From an uncultured Dehalococcoidaceae bacterium (GTDB lineage Bacteria; Chloroflexota; Dehalococcoidia; Dehalococcoidales; RBG-16-60-22): a DNA stretch of 64,000 nucleotides. Below, piece after piece: positions 28,059 through 36,264 of the stretch. A program made the translations under genes and the position numbers. The stretch's first letter is position 1, and each line of letters begins with the position of its first letter. The stretch spans positions 3,182 to 67,181 of the forward strand of contig CAZBMB010000005.1 in the NCBI GenBank assembly GCA_964493435.1, written 5' to 3'. The notes below the pieces were generated by a model, which did no database searches, had not been told where the DNA came from, and saw only the letters and a list, made by a program, of their open reading frames with translations.

Positions 28059-28187
28059 GAAATGTCATAATAAGCTACGTCAGCTCGTTATGCCTGAAGC
28101 AGTTATCATTACCTAGAATGTTTTCAAATTGAACCTGCACAGACGGAGCCAGCGTCTATATAATACAGAAGGGGTATAAAAGGCTAT

Positions 28188-29384
28188 ATGAAGCAGAATC
28201 AATGTCAGTTTTTGATTGTGGGGGCGGGTATTACCGGCCTGGCCATTGCCCGCGAGCTGGTCAATAGGGGAGTGGGGGATATCATGATCCTGGAAAAGGA
28301 GAATGAACTTGGCCGGCACGCCAGCGGACGGAACAGTGGTGTGCTGCATGCCGGGATGTACTACACACCTGACACGCTGAAGGCCAAATATTGCGTGGAC
28401 GGCAACCGCCTGATGAAGGAGTTCTGCCGGCAGAAGAAGCTCACCCTGCACGAGACCGGCAAAGTTATCCTGGCAGCCGGGCCTTCTCAGATTGAAGCGT
28501 TGTATGAATTGAAACGCCGTGCCGATTTATGCGGCGCCCGTGCTCATATTATCGATAATAAAAAGCTGCATGAGCTCGAGCCATATGCCGCAGACAGCGA
28601 TGAAGCACTTCATTCACCGGACACCGCCGTAATCAAACCAGTGGAGGTGCTGCAGGCGCTTGAAGCGGAGCTGGTGGCATCGGGGAAGGTTACCGTTTAC
28701 TATGGAGCGACCTTCCGCAACCGGGCCGGGGATAACCGGGCGGAGACCTCGCGGGGGGTTATCAAATTTGAAAAACTGCTCAATGCTGCCGGCGCCTATG
28801 CTGACCGCATCGCGCACCAGTTTGGCCTGGCGAAGGAATACCGGCTGTTGCCCTTTAAAGGAACTTACAAGCAACTAGCGCACGACCGCTCATTCCTTGT
28901 TCGCAGCAACATCTACCCAGTTCCCGACCTGCGGACTCCTTTTCTGGGCGTTCATTTTACCCGTAGCGCCGACGGCGAGGTGCTGGTCGGACCGACAGCC
29001 ATGCCCGCGTTTGGACGGGAAAATTATGGTATTCTAAGCGGCTTTGACCGGGAGTCATTATCTATCCTGATGCGTGATGCATTGCTACTCCTTGTAAACC
29101 CCTCATTCCGCCAGGTTGCCCGGACCGAGCCCAAGAAATATCTGAAGAGGTTCGTTTACAAAGAGGCCAGGAAGCTGATGCCGGAGCTGAAACCTCAGGA
29201 CATTACCGAATCAGGCCACGTTGGTGTGCGCCCTCAGCTAATCCATTGGCCCAGCAAGCAACTGGTCATGGATTTCATCGTGCTGGATGAAGCCGATTCC
29301 CTGCATATATTGAACCCGATATCACCGGCGTTTACAACGTCTCTGGCATTTGCCAGGGATATGACCGATAAACTGCTGGGGTAG
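28188..29384 (+). CDS. lhgO: L-2-hydroxyglutarate oxidase-like FAD oxidoreductase
   Basis: IVGAGITG, HASGRNSGVLHAG, IYPVPD..PFLGVHFT, GVRPQ and NPISPAFT motifs. Confidence 0.85.
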   Translation: MKQNQCQFLIVGAGITGLAIARELVNRGVGDIMILEKENELGRHASGRNSGVLHAGMYYTPDTLKAKYCVDGNRLMKEFCRQKKLTLHETGKVILAAGPSQIEALYELKRRADLCGARAHIIDNKKLHELEPYAADSDEALHSPDTAVIKPVEVLQALEAELVASGKVTVYYGATFRNRAGDNRAETSRGVIKFEKLLNAAGAYADRIAHQFGLAKEYRLLPFKGTYKQLAHDRSFLVRSNIYPVPDLRTPFLGVHFTRSADGEVLVGPTAMPAFGRENYGILSGFDRESLSILMRDALLLLVNPSFRQVARTEPKKYLKRFVYKEARKLMPELKPQDITESGHVGVRPQLIHWPSKQLVMDFIVLDEADSLHILNPISPAFTTSLAFARDMTDKLLG

Positions 29385-29425
29385 AAGTTTACATAATAAT
29401 TGATATTTACAGGTGGAGGTGAACC

Positions 29426-29752
29426 ATGAACAAAGCATTGGTAATCTGGAACATAGTAATCACCATAGCTCTGGCCGCGGCAGTATTCAGCGGCTGCACC
29501 AGCCTTGACCCGCAGTTAGCCAGCGCGGTCAAAGGGGTGAAAGACAACCGGGCATTGATAGAGCAGGTGGTCAACCTGGCCAACCAGAACAGGGAAGCGA
29601 TCAGCAACATGAATAACGAAATTACCAAGAACACGTTAACTGTTGCCAGTCTGCAGACCACCACCGAAGCGGCAATCGCTGCGGTACAGACATCATTCCA
29701 GCAATACGTGCAGCAGTATGTTCAGGCATATGTCGCCGAAGCTGTGCAGTAG
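29426..29752 (+). CDS. hypothetical lipoprotein with coiled-coil
   Basis: signal peptide ending in lipobox FSGC; RBS GGAGGT; heptad-like N/Q-rich body. Confidence 0.7.
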   Translation: MNKALVIWNIVITIALAAAVFSGCTSLDPQLASAVKGVKDNRALIEQVVNLANQNREAISNMNNEITKNTLTVASLQTTTEAAIAAVQTSFQQYVQQYVQAYVAEAVQ

Positions 29753-29764
29753 ATAGCAATATAT

Positions 29765-29995
29765 TTACGCCGGCAGACCTTCTATATGTTCCCAGACGTC
29801 CCTCTGCCCGGCCAGCGCGTTCTGGTATTCATACCAGTAATTGAGCATTTTTTCGTTTTCCGGGTTGAACCGGTCTATCTTGGCCGGGTCTTCAAGGCTG
29901 CGGTCAACGTAACGGCGCCACCGCTTGGCCCATTTCTCCACCTCGGCGTTGGCTTTGGCCAGCTCTTTGAATAATTCCTCTCTGTCTCCCATCAC
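29765..29995 (-). CDS. hypothetical protein (76 aa, charged, helical)
   Basis: RBS GGGAGG before GTG/ATG; plausible protein composition; converges on the lipoprotein gene. Confidence 0.55.
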   Translation of the reverse strand: MMGDREELFKELAKANAEVEKWAKRWRRYVDRSLEDPAKIDRFNPENEKMLNYWYEYQNALAGQRDVWEHIEGLPA

Positions 29996-30203
29996 GCCCT
30001 CCCGTTATGCCCGCTTTGTAATACAGTAGGGGAGCAAGCCGCATAAACAGAGACATCCTGTTATCAGCGGCTTTTCCAGTAATATTTTATTCAATAACTT
30101 GGGAAATAGCTATCCCGGGAAAATAAACTTCAGATGGGAAACCCCGCGGGCTAAAAGTTTTTTGATACCGTAAAGAAACTTTTTATGTAATCGGGAGGGC
30201 GTG
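29993..30203. repeat. 12-bp perfect inverted repeat pair enclosing 187 bp
   Basis: CACGCCCTCCCG (29993-30004) and CGGGAGGGCGTG (30192-30203). Confidence 0.8.
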
Positions 30204-30230
30204 GTGTAATTATGTTAATCTATACGTGTG

Positions 30231-30258
30231 GCATTACATAACATATATAGTGCGCCCC
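30231..30258 (-). other. candidate dif (XerC/D recombination) site
   Basis: minus strand GGGGCGCACTA-TATATG-TTATGTAATGC; 19/28 identical to E. coli dif as recalled (GGTGCGCATAA-TGTATA-TTATGTTAAAT); intergenic, at a gene-orientation convergence. Confidence 0.5.
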
Positions 30259-30338
30259 ATAATAATGCGGGTAAGAGGGTTTACATAAATTACCACGGCG
30301 GTGAGGAAAAACAAAATTACATGTATCTACGGAGGGTA

Positions 30339-31007
30339 TTATCTGGAGTTCATTCTACTGTAACTAATTATATGCTGCACGACCGCAGTTAGAAAGACCA
30401 AGGTAAACATTAATTGAGTGGACAAAATCAAATATCCGCAAAGATTTGTCGGTTCAAAGTCAGAGCCTATGGCTATAGCATTTCCAATGCTATATCGCAA
30501 GGCATCTTTAAGACAACTGATACTATTGAAAGAGCGGCTATAAATGTAGGCGAGCAAAGCGTAAGCTATGATTATTTCCATATATCCCATAAAGACTAAA
30601 ACCAATGATCTGTCGGTATCAACAGGTTTCCATTTATACGGAACACCACCGAGGACAAATTGGCTGAACCATGATTGGAATATTTCGGCTAATCTAATAC
30701 TTACCAGCCAAACTACCCAACCAGCCGGAATAAGTAAAAATTTAGAGAAATGGAATGTATTGTTAATGAATACAAACAAAAAGGTCATTAGCCATAACAA
30801 AACCCATATATCGACAAAGATATATCCTAATTTTTTACGCCATTCTTGTAAAAGAAACGAAATAAATCTGCTAGGGCTAATAACGCTAAAGAAACCAAAT
30901 ATACATTTAAGGAATTCAATGATAAAGCCCCTATTCCAACATCTAGGTTTATATCTGTTTTCTAACCAATATTCTCTTAATAATTGTCTAAAAGTCGAGC
31001 AACACAT
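30339..31007 (-). CDS. AT-rich hypothetical membrane protein with a degenerate ion-channel-like C-terminus
   Basis: several TM segments; DALRYSIGNAIAIGSDFEP sits between two TM helices like a pore loop; visibly more AT-rich than flanking genes. Confidence 0.65.
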   Translation of the reverse strand: MCCSTFRQLLREYWLENRYKPRCWNRGFIIEFLKCIFGFFSVISPSRFISFLLQEWRKKLGYIFVDIWVLLWLMTFLFVFINNTFHFSKFLLIPAGWVVWLVSIRLAEIFQSWFSQFVLGGVPYKWKPVDTDRSLVLVFMGYMEIIIAYALLAYIYSRSFNSISCLKDALRYSIGNAIAIGSDFEPTNLCGYLILSTQLMFTLVFLTAVVQHIISYSRMNSR

Positions 31008-31042
31008 ATATGATTTTCCTTAATGCACTTGATTATATCACA

Positions 31043-31062
31043 GAAAATGTGCGCACATTTTC
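31043..31062. repeat. perfect 20-bp palindrome
   Basis: GAAAATGTGC|GCACATTTTC. Confidence 0.85.
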
Positions 31063-31081
31063 AAAGTCATCGGGGCGTTTA

Positions 31082-31152
31082 AGAGGGGCGCAGCCCCTCT
31101 CCCTAAAAATTCCCCCTCCCTTGCCAAGGGAGGGGGATTAAGGGGGTGGGTT
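31082..31152. repeat. twin-hairpin REP-like element, copy 1
   Basis: AGAGGGGC-GCA-GCCCCTCT; TCCCCCTCCCTT-GCC-AAGGGAGGGGGA; tail AGGGGGTGGGTT. Confidence 0.75.
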
Positions 31153-31322
31153 GTAAAGAAAAACTTCCAATAACCCCCAAAACAGGAAAACCCGCCCTGA
31201 CCCGAAATATCCCGAAACCTGCCCAGAAATCCAGCCCCTGAAGTCCTTATAAATAGCAAACCATTCAAAAAGAATTTAAGGGGCCTAGATTTTGATTACA
31301 GAGCGTCATTTTTAGAGGGGGT

Positions 31323-32426
31323 CTAAAAGGTGGTTGCCGGGGTGGTAATTTCCTGCCCGATAAGGGCCAGCAGTTGGTCCAGACCCCATTTTCGTGCCGC
31401 GGACACCAGCACCGTCTTTTCGCCGGCGGACTGGTCAGCCAGAAACTCGGCGGCATCCGTTTCGTCCCATTCCCGGTCATCCGGCAACAAAAGGTCTATC
31501 TTGTTCAGGACAGTAATGCAGGGCTTACCGGCCAGGGCAAGGTCGGACAATATCTCCTCAACCGTCTGGCATTGCTCGGCGGCGTCCGGCGATGACAGGT
31601 CGACGACATGCAGCAGCAATGAGGCCTCATCCAGTTCCTCCAGTGTTGCCCGGAAGGCGGTAACGATTTCCGGCGGCAGCTTGTGGATGAAGCCGACGGT
31701 GTCCGTCATCAATATCGTCCTGCCGTCGGCAAGTTTCAGCCGCCGGGTGGTGGGGTCAAGGGTAGCAAAGAGCTTATCCTCGGTGAAGACACCGGCCTGG
31801 CAGAGGGCATTGAGCAAGGTGCTCTTACCGGAGTTGGTATAGCCCACTATTGATACCACCGGTATCCCGCTTTTGAGTCGCTTCTGGCGATAGAGGGCGC
31901 GGTGTTTTCTCACCTCTTCAATCTGCCCTTTCAGGCGCTGTATCTTACGCCTTATGAGCCGCCGGTCGGTCTCAAGCTGCGATTCACCGGGACCCCTGGT
32001 GCCAATACCGGCTCCCAGCCTCTCCAGATGGCTCCACTGCCCGGCAAGCCGGGGCAACAGGTACTGGTGCTGCGCCAGCTCCACCTGCAGCTGGCCTTCG
32101 CGGGTGCGGGCACGCCGGGCAAAAATGTCCAGAATCAGCGCCACGCGGTCAATGACCTTCACCTGCAACGCCTCTTCCAGGTTGCGCTGCTGCCGCGGCG
32201 TCAGCTCATCGTCAAAGATGACAACGTCGTAGCCGACCTGTTCTTTCTGGGCTGTTAATTCCTCGAGTTTCCCTCTGCCGACGTAATGCGTGTTTGAAGG
32301 CGCCGGCAGTTTCTGAATTGTTTTGCCGACCACGCTGGCGCCGGCAGTGCTGGACAGCAGTGATAGTTCCTCAATTGATGCCCTGGCCGACCACCTGCCC
32401 GTGGTCTCTCTTGACTCCACCGCCAC
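31323..32426 (-). CDS. hflX: ribosome-splitting GTPase HflX
   Basis: ELTPRQQRNLE, QVELAQ, GTRGPGE, VGYTNSGKST, LFATLDPT, TDTVGFI and NKID motifs; start may lie upstream at ATT 32477. Confidence 0.95.
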   Translation of the reverse strand: MAVESRETTGRWSARASIEELSLLSSTAGASVVGKTIQKLPAPSNTHYVGRGKLEELTAQKEQVGYDVVIFDDELTPRQQRNLEEALQVKVIDRVALILDIFARRARTREGQLQVELAQHQYLLPRLAGQWSHLERLGAGIGTRGPGESQLETDRRLIRRKIQRLKGQIEEVRKHRALYRQKRLKSGIPVVSIVGYTNSGKSTLLNALCQAGVFTEDKLFATLDPTTRRLKLADGRTILMTDTVGFIHKLPPEIVTAFRATLEELDEASLLLHVVDLSSPDAAEQCQTVEEILSDLALAGKPCITVLNKIDLLLPDDREWDETDAAEFLADQSAGEKTVLVSAARKWGLDQLLALIGQEITTPATTF

Positions 32427-32497
32427 CAGAAAGGCTCGTTCCGGTCCGTTTCTGGTAAGAACCGTTCTCCTCGTAATCTGCGCCTCTTTATGTCAAC

Positions 32498-33685
32498 TTA
32501 CTTTTTCTTCGCTGTCCGCTGCCGGGTATTCCGCCAGTCGGATAACCGCGACAGCCCCTTAACCAGCAGCGCATCCGGTATGGTCATGGATAAACGTACG
32601 TAGCCTTCTCCGCTCTTGCCGTACCCTATCCCCGGAGTAACCGCCACCCCCACCTGGTCCAGTAAATCAGCGGTGAAGTCCATCGAGTTGTAGCCTTCCG
32701 GGACTCTGGCCCAGATATAGAGACTTGCCTTGGGCGGTTTTGCCTTCAGCCCGATATTGTTCAAAACCTCAATAATCAGGTCACGGCGCCGCTCATAGAT
32801 GTCATTATGCTCCTTAATACAGTCCTGCGGTCCGTTTAATGCCTCTATGGCAGCATATTGAATCGCCTGCGGGATTCCCGAGTCCAGGTTCGACTTCAGC
32901 CTCATCAGCGCATTTATCATGGTGGCATTGCCCACCGCCATCCCGATGCGCCAGCCGGTCATATTGTAGCTCTTGGAAAGCGAGTGAAACTCCACACCTA
33001 TGTCCATGGCCCCGTCCGCCTGCATGAAGCTCACCGGCCGATACCCGTCATAAGCGACCTCGGTATAGGGGCCATCGTGGCACACCACCAGGTCGTGCCG
33101 CTTGGCAAACTGCACGACTTTGTTGAAGAAGCTAAGGTCGGCAACAGCGGCGGTGGGGTTGTTGGGATAGTTAATCCACAGCAGCCGTGCCCTATCGAGA
33201 ACGTTACTGGGAATGGAGGCGAGGTCAGGCAACCAGTTGTTTGCCTCTTTGAGCGGCAGGTAATACGGCTCGCCATCCGCCAGCATGGCGCTCACCGAGT
33301 AGACCGGGTATCCCGGGTCAGGCACCAGGGCAATATCGCCATGACCGATGAAGCAGAAAGAGATATGCCCGATGCCCTCTTTGGAGCCTATCAAAGGCAG
33401 CACTTCCTTGTCGGGGTCAAAAGACAGGCCAAACCGTCTTTTATACCATTCCGCCACCGCTCGGCGCAGCTCGGGAAGACTGTCTGTTTCAGGATAACGG
33501 TGGTTGGCCGGGTCGCGGGCCGCCTCACACAGCCGGTCGATAACGTGCTGCGGTGTGGGTATATCAGGGTCGCCGATGGCGAAGCTGATGACCTCTTCGC
33601 CCTTGGCTTTTTTCTCGGCTATCTTACGGCTGATTTCAACGAAAAGATATGGCGGTAGTTTTTCAACACGCTTGGCTAATCTCAT
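32498..33685 (-). CDS. dapL: LL-diaminopimelate aminotransferase
   Basis: LPPYLF, IGDPD, GSKEGI, NYPNNPT and SLSKSYNMTGWRIG motifs; adjacent to dapF. Confidence 0.9.
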   Translation of the reverse strand: MRLAKRVEKLPPYLFVEISRKIAEKKAKGEEVISFAIGDPDIPTPQHVIDRLCEAARDPANHRYPETDSLPELRRAVAEWYKRRFGLSFDPDKEVLPLIGSKEGIGHISFCFIGHGDIALVPDPGYPVYSVSAMLADGEPYYLPLKEANNWLPDLASIPSNVLDRARLLWINYPNNPTAAVADLSFFNKVVQFAKRHDLVVCHDGPYTEVAYDGYRPVSFMQADGAMDIGVEFHSLSKSYNMTGWRIGMAVGNATMINALMRLKSNLDSGIPQAIQYAAIEALNGPQDCIKEHNDIYERRRDLIIEVLNNIGLKAKPPKASLYIWARVPEGYNSMDFTADLLDQVGVAVTPGIGYGKSGEGYVRLSMTIPDALLVKGLSRLSDWRNTRQRTAKKK

Positions 33686-33695
33686 TCTTCACTCC

Positions 33696-34556
33696 TTAAT
33701 CTGGCCATTCGCCCTCAAATACGGTTTCTGCCGGGCCGGTCATCAACACTTCACCGAAACCGTCCCACTCCAGCTGCAATGTGCCGCCCAGCAATTTTAT
33801 GTTAACTTTATTGCCCGCGTATCCATATAATCGGGCGGCCGCGGCCACGGCACAAGCGCCACTGCCGCATGCCAGCGTTTCCCCGGCACCACGCTCCCAG
33901 GTGCGGACTTCTATCTCTTTTTCATCTATCACGCGGGCAACCTCAAAATTGGTCCGCCGTGGGAAAATGGCCGAATGCTCCACCTCCGGCCCGACCCGTG
34001 ATAGCGGGAAATCGGCTACCGGCTTTCCCTGAAAATAAACCGCGTGCGGATTGCCCATTGAGACAAGGTTAAGGAGCATATCAACGCCAGCTATATTGGC
34101 CGGATAGCCAATCATGTTTTTAGTATAGATTATCTGCCCCCTGCCCTGTTCAATCTTCACCGGTATCTCTTCAGCCTTAAACTTGGGCTCGCCCATGCCA
34201 GCCTGAATACTTATGAGCTTGTCAGCTTCTTTATTCAGCTTGAGCTGTCTCACACCGACAATCGTTTCCACGGATATCCGGTCGGCACCTGCCGGTATCA
34301 TGCCCCGGTCGTACACATAGCGGGCCAGACACCTGATGCCGTTGCCGCAGGCCTCCGCCTCGGAACCATCCGGGTCAAACATGCGCATGCGGAAGTCCGC
34401 GCTTTTAGACGGCAGCAGCAGCAGCAAACCGTCGCTGCCAATACCAAAGTGACGCTCGCACATGGCTAACGTCAGCTTTGCCCAGTCTCGTACTTCATCG
34501 CTGGTTTCCACCAGTACGAAGTCATTTCCGGTGCCTTGCAATTTGGTGAACTTCAT
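33696..34556 (-). CDS. dapF: diaminopimelate epimerase
   Basis: KLQGTGNDF, ACGNG, MGNPH and ERGAGETLACGSG motifs. Confidence 0.96.
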   Translation of the reverse strand: MKFTKLQGTGNDFVLVETSDEVRDWAKLTLAMCERHFGIGSDGLLLLLPSKSADFRMRMFDPDGSEAEACGNGIRCLARYVYDRGMIPAGADRISVETIVGVRQLKLNKEADKLISIQAGMGEPKFKAEEIPVKIEQGRGQIIYTKNMIGYPANIAGVDMLLNLVSMGNPHAVYFQGKPVADFPLSRVGPEVEHSAIFPRRTNFEVARVIDEKEIEVRTWERGAGETLACGSGACAVAAAARLYGYAGNKVNIKLLGGTLQLEWDGFGEVLMTGPAETVFEGEWPD

Positions 34557-35479
34557 TTTCCTTCGCTCTTCAAAAATCCGGAGACAAGCTCTTCTATTTC
34601 CGCTTCCGGACTCTGCAACACGTCAAACCAGTGAATTCGCTCATCATTCGGTCGAAACCAGGCATACTGGTGACGAATAAACCGGTGCGTCTCATATTTT
34701 ATCTGCTGTGCCGCCATCTTCAGGCTTATTTCGCCCCTGAGAAACATGGCTACCTGTTTGTAGCCGATACTGTTCATGCTTGGTAAGTAACTATCATAAC
34801 CCATATCAGCCAATTTTTCCACCTCGGCGACCAACCCCTGCTCTATCATCTCGTCCACCCTCCGGTCGACCCGTCGGTAAAGTTCTTTCCGCTCCACAGT
34901 CAGGCCGATTATCAGCACGTGGCTAGACACCAGTTTTTTAATTCTAATCCGGGATGAGGCCTGAGCGGTCTGGTGGCGTACCTCCAGGGCCCTTATCACT
35001 CGTCGTACATTGCGCGGGTCAATTCTCTGTGCGGCAGTCGGGTCTATATTCAACAATTCGGCATAGAGACTTTCATATCCTGTATCGGCAGCCTGTTTTT
35101 CCAGACGGCGTCTCAGTTCAAGGTCAGGTTTCGCTTCTGGAAGTTGCCATCCTTCCAGAAGAGCCCACACGTATAGCCCGCTGCCGCCGGTTAAAATCGG
35201 CAATTTATGGCGCTGGTGTATATCATTGATGGCGCTGAGTGCCAGCTTCTGGAACTGTGCCAGGCTGAAGTCCTGACCTGGCTCAACAATATCTACGAGG
35301 TGGTGCCGGACCTGTTCCCGCTCCTGCCGGCTGGGCTTAGCGGTGCCGATATCCATGTGCCGATATACTTGGCGGCTATCGGCACTGACGATTTCGCCAT
35401 TGAATATCCGGGCAAGATGGAGGGCCAGTCTGCTTTTACCGATACCGGTCGGGCCGACGATTGCAACCAGAGGATTCAT
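34553..35479 (-). CDS. miaA: tRNA dimethylallyltransferase
   Basis: GPTGIGKS, SADSRQVYR.MDIGTAKP and GGSGLY motifs. Confidence 0.96.
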   Translation of the reverse strand: MNPLVAIVGPTGIGKSRLALHLARIFNGEIVSADSRQVYRHMDIGTAKPSRQEREQVRHHLVDIVEPGQDFSLAQFQKLALSAINDIHQRHKLPILTGGSGLYVWALLEGWQLPEAKPDLELRRRLEKQAADTGYESLYAELLNIDPTAAQRIDPRNVRRVIRALEVRHQTAQASSRIRIKKLVSSHVLIIGLTVERKELYRRVDRRVDEMIEQGLVAEVEKLADMGYDSYLPSMNSIGYKQVAMFLRGEISLKMAAQQIKYETHRFIRHQYAWFRPNDERIHWFDVLQSPEAEIEELVSGFLKSEGK

Positions 35480-36240
35480 TTCCCTTGTTTGATTACGGAT
35501 GTCTGATTGACAATGCTCAGGAATTCACTGGCCTTGAGGCTGGCCCCACCGACCAGCGCCCCGTCGATTTCGGGCTGCCGCATGAACTCGGCAGCGTTAT
35601 CCGAGTTAACGCTGCCACCATAGAGTATGCGCATCTCCTGAGCCACCTTTTCCCCGTATAGCCGGGCGACATTCCGGCGAATAAAGGCAATGGTGCCGTT
35701 GGCCTGTTCACCGGTGGCTGGTTTCCCGGTGCCGATTGCCCATACCGGTTCATAGGCAATGGTCAGACCGTCAGGTTCTACCACACCCGCTAAGGCATAG
35801 TTCAACTGGTTGGCCACTATCTTTTCTGTTTCGCCTGCCTCATTCTCTTCCAATCGCTCGCCAACGCACAATATCGGCGTCAGGCTAGTTTGTAAGGCCG
35901 CGATAACCTTTTTATTGACCACGTCTCCGGTCTCATGGAAGTGCTGCCTTCGCTCCGAGTGCCCGATAATAACATATTCACAGAGGTCAGCCACCATCGC
36001 GGGCGAAATCTCGCCGGTGTAGGCGCCTTTCTCGACAAAGAACAGGTTCTGTGCACCCAGTTTAATGGTGCTGTCTTTGAGCACCTCTTTTACCGGCGCC
36101 AGAGAAACAAACGGCGGACATATTACCTTCTCCACGCTGGCAATTTCCTCCAGCTCGCCTTTCATTGCCCGGACCAGTTCCAGAGCCTCAGGGACCGTGG
36201 TATTCATCTTCCAGTTGCCAGCGATCAATGGTATGCGCAT
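35476..36240 (-). CDS. tpiA: triosephosphate isomerase
   Basis: AGNWKMN, GHSERR, AYEPVWAIGTG, YGGSV and VGGASL motifs. Confidence 0.97.
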   Translation of the reverse strand: MRIPLIAGNWKMNTTVPEALELVRAMKGELEEIASVEKVICPPFVSLAPVKEVLKDSTIKLGAQNLFFVEKGAYTGEISPAMVADLCEYVIIGHSERRQHFHETGDVVNKKVIAALQTSLTPILCVGERLEENEAGETEKIVANQLNYALAGVVEPDGLTIAYEPVWAIGTGKPATGEQANGTIAFIRRNVARLYGEKVAQEMRILYGGSVNSDNAAEFMRQPEIDGALVGGASLKASEFLSIVNQTSVIKQGK

Positions 36241-36264
36241 TCTTGTCTCCTCAATCAGCTTCTT

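Noticed and set aside
29386-29413. alternative full dif site at 29386
   Set aside because: Right arm matches but the left arm CCTGTAAATAT is a poor XerC-arm match and overlaps an RBS region; kept only as a half-site
31190-31235. CRISPR-like short repeats (CCCGAAA)
   Set aside because: Only 7-bp imperfect repeats without regular spacers, and no cas genes in the window
31038-31268. 76-aa ORF with HPLNPPPLAREG
   Set aside because: It is a translation of the twin-hairpin repeat and palindrome, not a credible gene
25370-31322. tRNA-targeted genomic island or prophage
   Set aside because: No integrase and no duplicated tRNA 3' end (att) was seen by eye; an exhaustive repeat search was not possible
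32471-32498. TTATGTCAACT (actinobacterial-type XerD arm) between dapL and hflX
   Set aside because: No partner arm at 6-bp spacing; overlaps the dapL stop and likely hflX initiation region
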